This document shows, one piece after another, positions 25,231-38,289 of a DNA stretch of 64,000 nt; positions within the stretch are counted from its first letter, which is position 1, and each line of letters begins with the position of its first letter. Origin of the DNA: Takakia lepidozioides (taxonomy: Eukaryota > Plantae > Bryophyta); contig CM060732.1 in assembly GCA_030704615.1 (NCBI GenBank), positions 49,104,001 to 49,168,000 of the forward strand, read 5' to 3'. The notes below the pieces were generated by a model. It did no database searches. It was not told the origin of the DNA and saw only the letters and a program-made list of their open reading frames with translations. The translations under genes and the position numbers were made by a program.

Positions 25231-28200
25231 CACTACTACATATTAACGTTTTTATGACTACGGGTGATATAAACCTTGGTAACCATGACTATACATGTGA
25301 CTACGAGGTGATGAAACCCATTGTTGGGCGCATTTTAATATATTTTAATCTAATGCAGTCATATGTTTTACTACATGACTAGGAGCCGCGGTCAAACATT
25401 GTTGACCATGAATATAAGTTTGGGTTATATAACTAGTAGTCATTCACAATACTACACGTCAGACATGTGCCATATAAGCTTATAACTAAATGACTACACC
25501 AGTTCTACACATTGATGACATGCCATAGAAGCTTATGACTAAATGACTACAGGAGGTTTCAGAGCTCTGTTTATATGACTACATCACTACACGTGGCATC
25601 TTAAGGCATATACATAAATGGGTTCATCCATTGGATGACCTCATCCATCTATCTTTAACGACGCACTTGTGTCAATGGAATGACACAAAGTGCAAAAGGT
25701 TAAAAAATTCAAAAAGTTGCTTTAGGGTTGCCCACGTTCAGCCGTGAACACATTGTAGTGTGAATGCAGGGGAGTGACATTGAAATTTATGTTGTTACTT
25801 GGTCAGATTCTGCATTTCTACAAGGGCTCTGATACCAGTGGGAAGGAAGTTGAGCTATCCCTGTGAGTTTATTTCATTCATTGAATGGACAGATTTTCTC
25901 CCTGATCTATCATCCCAACGATGGTGGAGTACTTCCATACTTTCCAGGTTATTTCAAGAGTTGAGAAAAGGATTTTCGCCTGGATGGAAGTGGATAAGCT
26001 ATGAAACAATGGATTTTTCATCCACCGGATGAATGAAGTTCATCCATGTTCTAGGAACATCATGGGAACGTTGGAACGCTCGACCAGGATATAGCCTAAG
26101 TATCTGCGATTTTCATCCATCCATGATTAATCATCCATGAGGATGAACGTATGGCCAGGTGTGTTTTTCATCCAGAATGAACTTCATCTGTGCGCGATGG
26201 CGGGGAATGTCCTACGGGGTGCTATGAGCAGAAGTACGAGCAAGAGTGTGTGTAGCAGGGAGCGTAGGCAGGAAAACACTTAGTGGATTCTGCTGTGGGC
26301 AATGGAATGAGCAGGGAGAGTAGGCAGGGACACAAAGAGCAGATTCAACTCTGTGTTAATGGTACCGCCATCTTCTTGGTAATGATCGATTTCTGGGAGA
26401 TTACCTTACGGGGAGAACGTCGTGGCATGCGGTGCAACAGTCAATTAAGGGGCGATGCTTGGTAGGGTGTGCAGCTGCAGGCGGTGCTGCCTCTTTCTTT
26501 ATGATGATGTGTTTCAGAAAGATCAAGTTACGGGGGAGACCACGTGGTGTGTTGTGCAAGTACAGGTGAAGGGAAGTGGTGCCGCATGGCTTTATGATTC
26601 TTACTTGATAAAGATGACCTCAAAGGAGGAGCAGAATGGGTAATGAATCGGATCACCTGTAAGATAGGGTTCTTATGCATGTGAATATGCCGAGCAAGGC
26701 AATCTGTTTATGACAAGACATAACGAGTTCTCTGTGTTTTTTTTGTTTATCTTGCTGTAGGCCTCTGATTAGAGGTAGTGATGAAGGAGATGAGGGCAGA
26801 AGGCAATGGCAGCCTGGTAAATCGGGCTGCAACCAGTAGGAGATAAGGAAGGAAAGGGAAGCACGATAACCTAAGTGTGTGGTGTTGCCAAGGGCTATGG
26901 CAACGATGGAGTACTGATGGGCATGACGGCTGAGCGATATTACCAACCTGTTTATGACGATCAGTTGCGAGTAACATGTTTCTACCTGGTTTTGATTATA
27001 GTTTAGGCATGTAAATAGTAGTGGTGATGAAGGAAGGGGCGGAAAGGACTAGCGGTGTGGTGATCCGTGCTGCTGATTGTGGAAATTAAGGCCTGTCGAG
27101 TTGTTGAATTTATGACGGGCTGCTGAGGCGGTTGTGAAAGATTTTAGCACCATAGAGTAATGTATGATGTCTTTCTGGGTGCGCCAGTATGGCAGTGACA
27201 ACGGCAGATGAGATCGAGCTGGCAGCAGAAGCGGGAAGGGGGATGAACCGTCAGATAGACATCCACCGCTTAAGGGAGGATATAAGATCAGCTAAGTGCG
27301 ATGATTTGGAGGCTTCTTTTTCTTTTTACTTAGGATAGATGTTGTTGAAATTTCCGGTTGATGCTCTCAAGTTAGCATGAGGGAGATGATACATTTTTGA
27401 AAAATAGAATGGAGGGATTGTCTGAACTTCAAACCAAGGAGATGTAGAGAGAAAGGGAGGTGATGGAAGTGTAGAATGGTATGCTGACTGAGGGGATTCA
27501 ATTCTCCAATCCCTCAGTCACAGAGTGTGTTGTCTTGAGGTTGTTTTTCATATTCTGGTTCCAGCATTGTGAGTCTGGGATCAACTTTGCATTGGGGTTT
27601 TTATGGCAATCAGATCTGCAGAGAACTTGCTGTAGGATAGAGATAAGAGGGAGTTGTTGGATGGTATCATGGATTGGGAATGAGGGCTCTATCTGTCAGG
27701 AGTTAGGGTTTGGTACAGCACCAGCATGCACCAAGTAGTGGGATACATTTGGTGAATACTTTACAATCTGATGGTTGTTCCTGCTTTATATATAGTTGCA
27801 GTAGGGATTCTCTTGCTTGATGTTGGGTTATCAAACTGAGAGAGTATAGGGCCCTAGAAACTTATCAATGGGTGCCTGAGTGCAAGCTAAGGTCTTAATT
27901 TGTTTGTGGGATGCACACTTAGATAAGAAGGGGTAACTACTAACTGACAAGCTGATTGCTGCTGCAAATAGTCAAGATAAGGAGGGACTTTGTTTGGTTG
28001 AGGAGAGAGGACTAAGGAAGGATGTGGTGTGTGCTTGTGATTTCAAGGATGATTTCTGCAAAGGGCCCCACTGGATATCAAAAAGTAAACTTCTCTTAAG
28101 CCCATCACAAGTTTGTCTTCATTGGAATTGTCTCTCATCTTTCTTATTTCACACTGTAGCTCAACTTTAGGGCTGGAGACATGATACTGCCACTGTGACA

Positions 28201-31187
28201 ACATGAAAGTATCCAAAAACACATAACAGAGATGATGAGAAGTTGTGGATGAATACTTTTCTGACCCAAGTCAATGCTGGGACACCGAGGCAAAAAGGTG
28301 AATGCTTGATACAGGAGAGTAGCAGACGCAATTCAATATAGGAACTAGTGTAATAAGCTGAGTTGGGTGTTTCCTAAAACAAATCTAGTTGTCATTATCA
28401 GCTGCAAGAGACAAAAAAGTAAATGTCTGTTGGACTACAGAAAGAAACAGATGCAATATAGAATTGGAACTACTATTATAAGGGCTTGGGTGTTTGCTGG
28501 AAGAACTTCACGCCGTCAGTGTCAGCTGCTAGCAGCAAGGCTGAGGATATATTTATGATTTGTACACAGGCAGGGATATATAGCTGAAGGACCAGGGATA
28601 GAGGTCCAGATTTATCCAAGAGGGCCAGATTTCAAACACAAGATTTAAACTTTTGATTCCCTGTGGATCAATAGCTACAAGTGGATAGATGATCAACTGG
28701 AAACAGCGGCGGCAGCAACACAATTGATAGAACAAGGCACTGCTGATGAAGGTACATTCTTCAACACATTTCACCCCGTTTTTCCTGCTATTAGAGTCGT
28801 CCCTGAATTTTGATGTTGAACTCTGCAAGGTAGCTGAGGAGAAGCTTTGGAAGGAATACGTTTAAGACCCTAGTCAATGGTGGAACAATCGAGGCAAAAA
28901 GGTGAATGTCTGTTGGAAGCAGACGCAAATCAACATAGGAACTAGTGTGACAAGTAGGGTTGGGGTGTTTGCTGGAACAATTCTAGGCTGTCATAGTCAG
29001 CTGCTAACCGCAAGGCAAGCATGTATGCATGATTTGTGCAGAGGCATGGATAGCTGAAGGGGCAGGGATAGAGTGTGGGTCCAAATTCATCCAAGAGGGC
29101 TGGATTTCAAGCTCCAAATTACCTATGATTCCATGTGGAAGGATAGCTACAAGAAACCTGCATGGGTAGATGGTCATTTGGAAGCCGCAACAGCAGCGAC
29201 ACAATTGATAAAATCAGGCACTGGTAATCAAGGCACATTCTTCAACACAATTCACCCTGTTTTTCCCTCTAATCGGAATCGGCCCTCATGTTGAATTCTG
29301 CAAGTTAGCTGGTTGAGTGAACCTTTGATAGTTTGGAGTGACTTTGACATGATACTGTCAATGTGACAACATGAAACATGTAACAAAGGCGAGGAGAAGT
29401 TGTGGAATGAATTCTTTCTGACCCCAGTCAATGGTGAGACAATCGAGGCAAAAAAGTGAATGCCTGATGGATTATAGAGAGTAGCATATGCTATTAAGCA
29501 TATAAACTAGTGTGGTAAGTAGGGTTGGGGTGTTTGCTTGAACAATTCTAGGCTGTCATTGTCAGCTGCTAGCAGCAAGGCAAGGATGTATGCATGATTT
29601 GTGCAGAGGTATGGATAGCTGAAAGGGCAGGGATAGAGTGTGGGTCCAGATTCATCCAAGAGGGCTGGATTTCAAGCTCCAGATTACCTATGATTCCATA
29701 TAAAATCAGGCACTAGTAATCAAGACACCTTCTTCAACACAATTCACCTTGTTTTTCCCTCTAATCAGAAATCGGTTCTAAATTTTCATGTTCAATTTTG
29801 CAAGTTAGCTGGTTGAGTGAACCTTTGATAGTTTGGAGTGACTTTGACATGGTACCGCCAATGTGACAACAGGAAAGTGTCCAGAAATAGGTAACAGAGA
29901 CGAGGAGAAGCTGTGGAATGAATACTTTCTGACTCCAGTCAATGGTGGGACAATCGAGGCAAAAAGGTGAATGCATGCTGGATTACAGAAAGTAGCAGAT
30001 GCCATTGAGCATATGAACTAGTGTGATAAGTTGAGTTGGGTGTTTCCTAGAACAAATCTAGGCTGTCATTGCCAACTACTAGCAGCAAAGCAAGGATGTA
30101 TGCATGATTTGTGTAGAAGCATGGATAGCTGAAGGAGTAGGGATAGAGTGTGGGTCCAGATTCATCCAAGAAGGTTGGATTTCAAGCTCCAAATTACCTA
30201 TGATTCCCTGTGGAAGGATAGCTACAAGAAACCTGCGTAGATGGTCAATTTCTTGTTGCGGTAGTGCTTAGCAACATTGTGCTTGAAGAACGAAGTATAT
30301 TTTGGGAATATATATAGGCAGACTAGTTCAAACACTATGTCAGTGTCTGATGTATTAACATCCAATATCGTTCAAAGGTACAATGTCCTCTGAGGTTGTG
30401 TTGTAGTGTTTCTATGGATGACATGTTTGATTGTAGTTGTGTCTTTCATATTGTATCATGTTGTTGCTTCTGCCAGTCTATGCAACAGGGTTGGTGGTAG
30501 AATCTTTCTTTGCCACTCTTTGCAACTGCCAACAGGGTTGGGGGTCGATTCGTTGGTCATTGAAAGATTAATGCATGCTCTCTTTCCCTGCATAGGGGTT
30601 GTGTCTTGGTATAGATGGCCTTTCCTCTTTGCCAATTGTTGTGCTTATGAGAGCTCCACAAAGCTAAATTTCATATTAATTTAATATCTAAATTAGTCAT
30701 TTAAAATTAAATAACATTTAATAAATTGTAAAATCTACATGATCAACACGTGTCAGTCACACCTACTCCAACGAGACCACGTGCCATCTGTATGTTGTAG
30801 TGATATAGTCATACCCATAGTCGTGTAGTCATAAAGATAGGACTACTCCACTGCACCATCAGGTGATGATTACATATGTCAATGCCCAAGGATCCCACGT
30901 GTCACGCAGAGGCCTCTCCATGTGGCACAATGTTGTAGTGATATAGTCGTAACCTCAGTCATAACTTTCAGTCATGTAGTCATATTTGTTATGACTACAT
31001 CACCAAACCCTGCATCACTATCCCATGCCACGTCCTCAGTGACGACCATGACTTCGCACTTATCACTCCGTAGTCATGGTAGAACTGACTTCGTGTTTGT
31101 CACTGCAGAGTGAGGTAGTCATAACATCACTTATCACTGCAAATGCAGTGATAGCCATAGTCATAAAAACGTTAATCTGTGCTAGTG
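25231..31187. mobile_element. Non-autonomous CACTA (En/Spm) element with captured gene fragments
   Basis: TIRs CACTACTACATATTAACGTTTTTATGACTA and its inverse TAGTCATAAAAACGTTAATCTGTGCTAGTG. 3-bp TSD AAT at 25228-30 and 31188-90. Many subterminal ATGACTA/TAGTCAT repeats. No transposase recognised. Confidence 0.93.
28150..30250 (+). pseudogene. Four tandem captured exon pairs encoding OSB-type PDF motifs
   Basis: EEKLW.E...DPSQWWDNRGKK|GT at about 28230, 28835, 29390 and 29900, each followed by an IHPRGLDFKLQITYDSMWKDSYKKPAWV-type exon (AG acceptor in most units) at about 28610, 29085, 29650 and 30160. Frameshifts and stops are present. Confidence 0.7.
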
Positions 31188-32056
31188 AATTCGTCCATAT
31201 CTAAGTGGGTCTCGTCCCCACACCTGCTACATAGTATGTCCAATCATTTTTGGACATCCCCCAGGGTTACCGATGCACAAATCAAACAAACTTTGAAATT
31301 TCGGTATGGTCAATACATGGGCAATCAACAACGGAACTTGTTCTGGCCATTATTATACCCCAATAAACATTACCTGTTATGTTCATCCCAAAATTCCCAA
31401 ATAGATACATGGCCACACTTACTTCTCCACTGCAACCACCCATAATACATGGGTTGCGGGTAACCAGACATAACCAAGGGGTTAGACAACTCCACAAAAT
31501 TCTCACTTCATATCCGAAATCCAAATGGTTTAACCTCATCAATGCAGGCATATTCCAAGGTCGCCCACCGGACCACACCATACCCCCATGGCTGCTACCG
31601 TGTATATGCTCCCAAGGACACCCGTGCCTTTATCTAGCAAGACTACGCCAAGATATTTTGCTAGTCCAGGGACTTCCTATATAGGCATTGCCACCGACAG
31701 AACCGCTTCCATCTCTCAAACTACATTTTTTGGAATTTGCATTCTGCCATGATCGAAATCCAGATCAATCAATTATGTACAAACATGAAAAATATGACTC
31801 AATCATACATGCCCTCCATCACAGAGACTGGAACACGACACCTTTGACCGTCATCACTGCAGGTGTTAGGGGCGGTGCTCATACCCATAATATCCAAGGT
31901 TTGAAAGATAATCTTAACCTACCACCCAAAGACACTACACCTCTACTACGAGCCTTGCATTTCACAGCTATTTCATCACTCACTTCCCTAATCCTCAATA
32001 AACGTAAGATTGAAAGTGGCCAGCTAGCCACTGTGTGACAGGTTACGGTTCGAATA

Positions 32057-32130
32057 GAGCCCACCCCTGAAAGGGGGCAATACCCGCAAGGGGAAGAGGC
32101 TCTTATTTACGCCAGCTTCGGTTGGCGTCA
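32057..32130 (+). ncRNA. Structured 3'-terminal RNA motif of LINE copy 2
   Basis: GAGCC / CCCCT-GAAA-GGGGG / CCC-GCAA-GGG / GGCTC, plus ACGCCAGC-TTCG-GTTGGCGT, immediately before (TA)n. Confidence 0.7.
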
Positions 32131-34575
32131 TATATATATATGAGCTAGTCTGCTGGGCCCACAGTATACACATAAAGCATTAGTTATTGCGAATATTTGT
32201 ACAAAACGGTGGGTAGTGTGGTGGTTAAGAGCAATGAGTAGTAAACTCGAGGTTTGGTGTTCACATCTTGTCAGATTGTACTGTGGCAGTACGGTGAATG
32301 GGCGGTGGGCTTATGAGCTCACCCCAAGTCCGCGGGGCCCGCTCGTGCATTCATGACCCTATTATTAAAAAATGAGAGGCGTTTGTAGCTGGCCAGAAGG
32401 ATCACCAAGATTACCTCCAGAGCATGTGTAATATAGTTAAGAGAAATGACTCTATAACGTCTTGGGACAAGAAGTCTATGCCCCGGGGTTCCAAGATCTG
32501 AGATCCCCAGCCCCAGGGCGGAAAGAAAATTTGAACGGGCAGAATGCCATTTGCCAGGAGCATTGTGATCAAGGTGTATTTTCGCTCTGCTAGAGATTCG
32601 TTTTCCTCTGCAGTGTCAAGCTAAAGTAGGGGAATGTAGGTCGGCAAAGTGTGCATGAGAGGACAAAGCGTAGAAGACATCGGATGTTCGCCCGCCAGCC
32701 ACCGCCACTCTTGCAGTACACCGCAGACGAGAGACCAGTCCCAGCACCACCAAACACAAACAACAAGCTCTCCACCCTCCCATTCTTCATCTTCATCTCA
32801 TAAAACTCAGGTGATTTCAGTATGCAACGCCATTTCTACCAAACCATCATGGCACTTCGAAGATTTAATTTGGGCATCATATTGCATGAAAGCGCCCACG
32901 GGGCTGATATGTTTGGAGAAACACTAATAACTATTAAACTTGGGAGCTTGAGCTCTGGGGCGGTGTTTTTGTGCGTTAACCCTTACGTGTCAAACCGACC
33001 CGTTTTGGGTTAGTTAGGTTTCTTTAACCATCCAGTTCTTATTGGGGTTAACTCTGATTTGAGTCAAATTAGGCTCATTAGATAGGAAAAAAACTCTTAC
33101 GCACAATGGCATTGGCCAATCTTCAAAAAGGAAATATCACTATATGAATCGAGACGTTTGTTTTGTTTTGTTTTGTAGATTTGAGATGTCCCAAACTGCG
33201 GGGCCCCGACGCTGGTGCTTGGTACCGTTGGAAAGCCCTCGAGGAGGAGGGGTGCACTGACTTGGTCTAATGATTTTTGGACTTGCGATGTGGGAGATGT
33301 CGAATTTCAAGTACTTTGGGTCGCTGGAAATTCACAAAAAATAGCAAAAATGGCAAAGTGGGTATTCATGGGACAATGGTTGGAGCCTCGACGGGAGATA
33401 TATCAAGGGAAAGGTCTCTGGTTCAAATCTGGTCATAGGCTCAGTGGAAAAAATGATTAGATATGGCTTGCTTCATATATTGATGCACTTGGACTTAGAT
33501 GACATTGGGCACTTGGACACTTGGGCCATCGGCACACGCTACCCTTGTATACATGGAGTAAGACCCTCCAATTTGGGGCTAACTAAGCTTTTTTGACATA
33601 TTTTTGCTGAATCATCTTGCTCGAGTTGCTTATATGGCAACCATGGTCAGGCTAGGGGATGGGTTTCCACCCTAAGAACGGTGGGCCAACACACATCCCA
33701 ATGCCCCATGAATGTGCAACAACCTGCGTGGCAGCCACCCAAGGCAAAGGAGTGGTGAAACGGTCTCACAACCCGCTAGGTACAAGGGCTACAATAGGAA
33801 GTACGGTAGATATAGGTTGGGCTGGGAATTACCGAGCAGGGCCCGACAATAGCCTAAAACATTTCCCAATTAGATTGAATTTTCTTCTACACCAACATTT
33901 GCATGCAATGATGACATGGACCAGAGCGATTGAAAATTGGACGGTAGATGTGTCCTACGTATTTTCTGAAGTTCAAATTTTGGTCTGCCCGCTTCAAATT
34001 GGGTTTTGAGACCCCCCAATTTGTGAGTATAAAGCAGCCCACACGAAAACAAATCAGAAAAAAAACGAAAATTTCAGGGAAGGTGTGGCATCAAGTGAGG
34101 TACGTACACAATTCCCAAGACTCTCATATCATGCAAGGAAAACATTGCCCATATTTGGTCAGTTTTTTGGTTTTTTATGCTCTTCATTTTTAAGAAGGAT
34201 TCTTTTTGGGGCACATCTACATATTATAATCTTCTAATCTGGCAATTGGATACGGCTGCAATCTTTTGAGGTCATAGTTTGGGTAGATGGGCAGTAAATT
34301 CAACGGTCACTTTTACAGGGACTTTAAATCTGGGAGATAAAAAAGATTTAGTGGGCCAGGGTCCTTTTTCCACAGCATGTCGTGAAAATGGGCCCGGACA
34401 CTTAAGGGTTAAACTGATGTACCTACGAGTGGCCGATGGATGATGTGTGAAGGGGATACGACCGGATAGTTGATGAGTAGTCCTTTGGGGCCACCATCCG
34501 AGCTTTGTCTTATGAGCAATGCAGAGTGGTAGGGAGGTGAAGTTTGAAGGAAAGGTGGGTGAGGGAGCATGAGAG

Positions 34576-34803
34576 ATGGCCTCACCACCTGTTTCTGCAC
34601 GTCCGCCTGGGGATAAGAAAAAATTGTCCTCTCGTTCTGGATTGCGTGGTTTGGTTTGGGGATGCTGGCCTCCCCGATCACTACCCAACGAGAAACTCCC
34701 AGCAAAAGAACCACCCTTCTCTATCTCTTCCCTTCCTGACGATGTATTACTCGAATTCCTGGCCAAAATGCAGCGAGCATGTGACAGCAAGGCCGCCACA
34801 TGA
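34576..34803 (+). pseudogene. F-box gene 5' fragment
   Basis: ISSLPDDVLLEFLAKM matches the F-box start motif (LPDD.L..I...L). The ORF stops soon afterwards. Confidence 0.45.
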
Positions 34804-35227
34804 GCTGATCCATAACTAGGTAATCTAATTGTTGATGGGAGACAAAGTTTTAGCTTAATTATAGGCAGGCCAACTAACAACTGTTGTCTTCATCCTACAT
34901 ATAGTAACATGATCATTCATCAATATGGAGGAATAAAGCAGCGGGAGGAATTTGGAGCATCACATATATGAAGGCTGTCGCCGGCCTTGCTAGTGAGCTC
35001 CTGCGAGCTGAAGAAGACATGCCATCTACCAGTCCTCTTGACAAATGGGATGAAAAAACCCTAGGAAGGAAAACCTTACTATGCAAGTTCAGCGAGGGAC
35101 GAAACCTTCATGTGGAAAAACCCCAAATGTCTACAAATGAGGCACCTATATAAGAAAATGCATCCCTAGGTCAACACCAATCAAAGCAATCCAAATCCAA
35201 TCAATAGTCACCATCAAAGCCAAGGTT

Positions 35228-35953
35228 CAGTGTTGGTTTGGTATCTGGGTTTCGCCGGGCATCAACCCGGGTCTCTCCTAACCTAACCTATTGTTCTCCG
35301 TTCCCGTAAACATTTGTAGTACCCTACCAGAAGGTTCTCGAGTTCCCTGGCCGCCCCCCAAACCCTAACATGCGGCGGTTAGGGTTCTCCTTTCCCCGCC
35401 CCCTACCAGAGCTCGACTCGTCGCTGCAGGTCTGTTCGGGTATCATGCAAATATGCACTGGGGTGCTTTGTAATGTAGATTAGAGATTTAGGGCTAGGGG
35501 CATATACTAGCTATTTGATTATAACAATGACACTTTGATCTTCATTTGCGAGACACAATGGATGCAACAATTCTGATTCAGTGTATAATTGTATGGGGGT
35601 TGGTATCCTATGAGATGAGCAGGTTCCCCTTGTGGTATTCTTGAATATTCAAATGGCCATTTGAATAGTTCAGATGGCCATTTCAATATTGCATTTGAAT
35701 TTGAATACTAGTACCATTTTCTTATTATTTTCTTAATACCATATCCGAGTTCGTATTTCTAGGTTATTGACATTCAGCTACCGTTGCTCATATCCAGATT
35801 GATTTGTTTTTAAAACCACTCTATCCATACCAGATTCATACTTGAAAAAATCAGGGGCTGCATTATTGGAAAACCTACCTGCCTTAAAAAAATTCAGCAC
35901 TTCATACCTGGACCCTTCTGGTATTTCCAATTCAAGATACCAGACCAACACTG
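35228..35953 (+). mobile_element. hAT-type MITE, copy A
   Basis: TIRs CAGTGTTGGTTTGGTATC and GATACCAGACCAACACTG. Near-identical to the reverse complement of 36497-37207. No clean TSD. Confidence 0.85.
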
Positions 35954-36496
35954 GTTCAGTCTTAATGTCAAGCAAATCTACGTCTGCGAGGAGTCAAAAC
36001 CTCATGTCGATTTTCACATTGATGCATGTTAGATATGATCTTGGAAGGAACTAACTGAGAAACATGAACAGTGCCAAAGATCTTTGTTGTGGAGGAATGT
36101 TGTGGCAGAAGCTTATACCTTTATACCTGTCATCCAAAACGAATGTCAGCAATAAGGTATGGCCCGTCAATCCGAAGTAATTTGGCCTTGGAAACCTACT
36201 TGCCTAGTTGAAGCTACACACAAATAGTATGCACACACACACCCAAATACTAGACCAATATTGGAAACCGTGATCAATGATTCCCTATCAAACAGTTTGT
36301 GTAGACCAAGACTTTCAATACTAACCAAATCCATGAGAACATGGAGTCCATGGGTGCATCTGTGCATTTACACTTCAGTAAGGAGTCCATGTGTGCATAT
36401 GTACTGCCATGAGCAAGCTTAAGGTAACCACCAAAGGTGCTCATAAAGATTCTTAGTATAAGAGATCCCAAAGCCAAGTACGAAGAGAGATACTAC

Positions 36497-37207
36497 CAGT
36501 GTTGGTCTAGTATCTTGAATTGGAAATACCATGAATTGCAAAAAACATTTAAGGCAGACCTGTAGGTTTTCCAATAATGCAGCCCCTGAGTTTTTCAAGT
36601 ATGAATCTGGTATGGATAGAGTGGTTTTAAAAATAAATCAATCCGGATATGAGCAATGGTAGCTGAATGTCAATAACCTAGAAATACGAACTCGGATATG
36701 GTATTAAGAAAATAATAAGAAAATGGTACTAGTATTCAAATTCAAATGCAATATTGAAATGGCCATCTGAACTATTCAAATGGCCATTTGAATATTCAAG
36801 AATACCACAAGGGGAACGTGCTCATCTCATAGGATACCAACCCCCATACAATTATACACTGAATCAGAATTGCTGCATCCATTGTGTCTCGCAAATGAAG
36901 ATCAAAGTGTCATTGTTATAATCAAATAGCTAGTATATGCCCCTAGCCCTAAATCTCTATTCTACATTACAAAGCACCCCAGTGCATATTAGCATGATAC
37001 CCGAACAGACCTGCAGCGACGAGTTGAGCTCTGGTAGGGGGCGGGGAAAGGAGAACCCTAATCGCCGCCTGTTAGGGTTTGGGGGGCGGCTACTCGAGAA
37101 CCTTCTGGTAGGGTACTACAAATGTTTACGGGAACGGAGAACAATAGGTTAGGTTAGGAGAGACCCGGGTTGATGCCTGACGAAACCCAGATACCAGACC
37201 AACACTG
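36497..37207 (-). mobile_element. hAT-type MITE, copy B
   Basis: TIRs CAGTGTTGGTC...GACCAACACTG with a perfect 8-bp TSD GATACTAC (36489-96 and 37208-15). Confidence 0.92.
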
Positions 37208-37324
37208 GATACTACCTGCTTCTGTTGAGCTGATGTCAAGAGCGCAATTTTGAAACCCAAGAATGAGAGAGGAACTGAACCGAACTCAAACATCCTTGGG
37301 TTGTACACTTAATTGGACCCTCGG

Positions 37325-37632
37325 ATTAATTTGCCAAGCATTAGATGGGGCCCTGGAGTTGAATGCGAGGGGCCCGGTTCCGCCAGCGTGGACCCCCCCC
37401 CCCCCCCCCCCCACCCCACGCCCACCCCCCGCTCCAACGCCTGCACACCGCGCGGCACGCCCTCCCGCGCCTCATGTTCCCGCTGCCAGGACATGAGACG
37501 TGCCCTTTCCCGCATCCCCATCCCTCCTCCCATCATGCCTCATGCATGGCATCGCCCTCCATCCCCCCTGCGTGCCTTCATCCTCCCCATGCTACATGGC
37601 ATCCCAAGCATACATCACGCCCTCTTTCAAAA
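37325..37632 (+). repeat. GC-rich TE-end-like repeat, copy 1
   Basis: GCCAAGCATTAGATGGGGCCCTGGAGTTGAATGCGAGG...CCCAAGCATACATCA.GCCCTCTTTCAAAA, an inverted match of 43550-43850. Confidence 0.85.
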
Positions 37633-37859
37633 ATCGTGTCCCCAAAGACTAGCGCTGCTTAGTTGCTCCTGCTCGTTTTCAGAGTCCACTCCAAAATCTC
37701 CACACTGCAAACATAAGCTGGTTTAACATCTGTGTACATTTGGACATGTTCGTATGTCCTCGTTGTGGAGAGTCCAATGGAGCCCAAAGCGACCAGCATG
37801 AATGTTGTTGAAAGCTCACTAGCACCCCTCCGTAAAGGAACTTGGCAAAATGTTGATGT

Positions 37860-37960
37860 TGCCGGATTTCGGGCACAAAAGTCTACCTTGGAGCACGGAG
37901 CGGAGCTGGCATGAGTTCTTTAAAGATCCTTCACGATGGTGGGACAACCGTAATCGCAAG
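37860..37960 (+). pseudogene. OSB-type PDF-motif exon upstream of a PPR gene
   Basis: LPDFGHKSLPWSTERSWHEFFKDPSRWWDNRNRK, ending at a GT donor (37961). Confidence 0.65.
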
Positions 37961-38289
37961 GTGTGGTTTTCTCTTAATGTATAAGGTGAAGAAGTTTGGC
38001 TCTTCCTGTTAGTATCACGATTTGGTATTTTTCTTTGGTGTTTACAAGGTGCTTAGGAGGGTCAGCTTGGTGTTAGGAGGTCGTGTTTCAATCTATGGCT
38101 GCTCAGCTGCACCGTGGTGATTCTCGCATACCAATCAGACATTATCCCACCATGGACACAAGCAGCATATACAAGAGGTCATTTTGGTTGATGGTCGGTT
38201 TAATCTTGTATCAGTCATGACACAAAGTCAAGGACAATGTGGTGAGGGAACCTTCTTGTTCAATCTATTTCAGCCCGATTTGTCTCATT

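Larger units (their letters stand above)
23176..32141 (+). mobile_element. Dualen/RandI-like LINE, copy 2 (5'-truncated, split by a CACTA insertion)
   Basis: Chromodomain-like LEEIQG..LYNCQWKG..NTWE (23390-23530), PCIF1-like segment (23990-24270), RNase H IYTDGS..RAELMAI..FTDS..KVRSH..GNDIAD (24670-25060). After the CACTA it resumes with QTLKFRYGQYMG, DTWPHLLLHC, VTRHN, RQDILLV, FLEF..KHEKY, then the 3' motif and a (TA)n tail at 32131-32141. Confidence 0.85.

Noticed and set aside
32208-32270. tRNA or tRNA-derived SINE head
   Set aside because: Only weak A/B-box resemblance and no cloverleaf.
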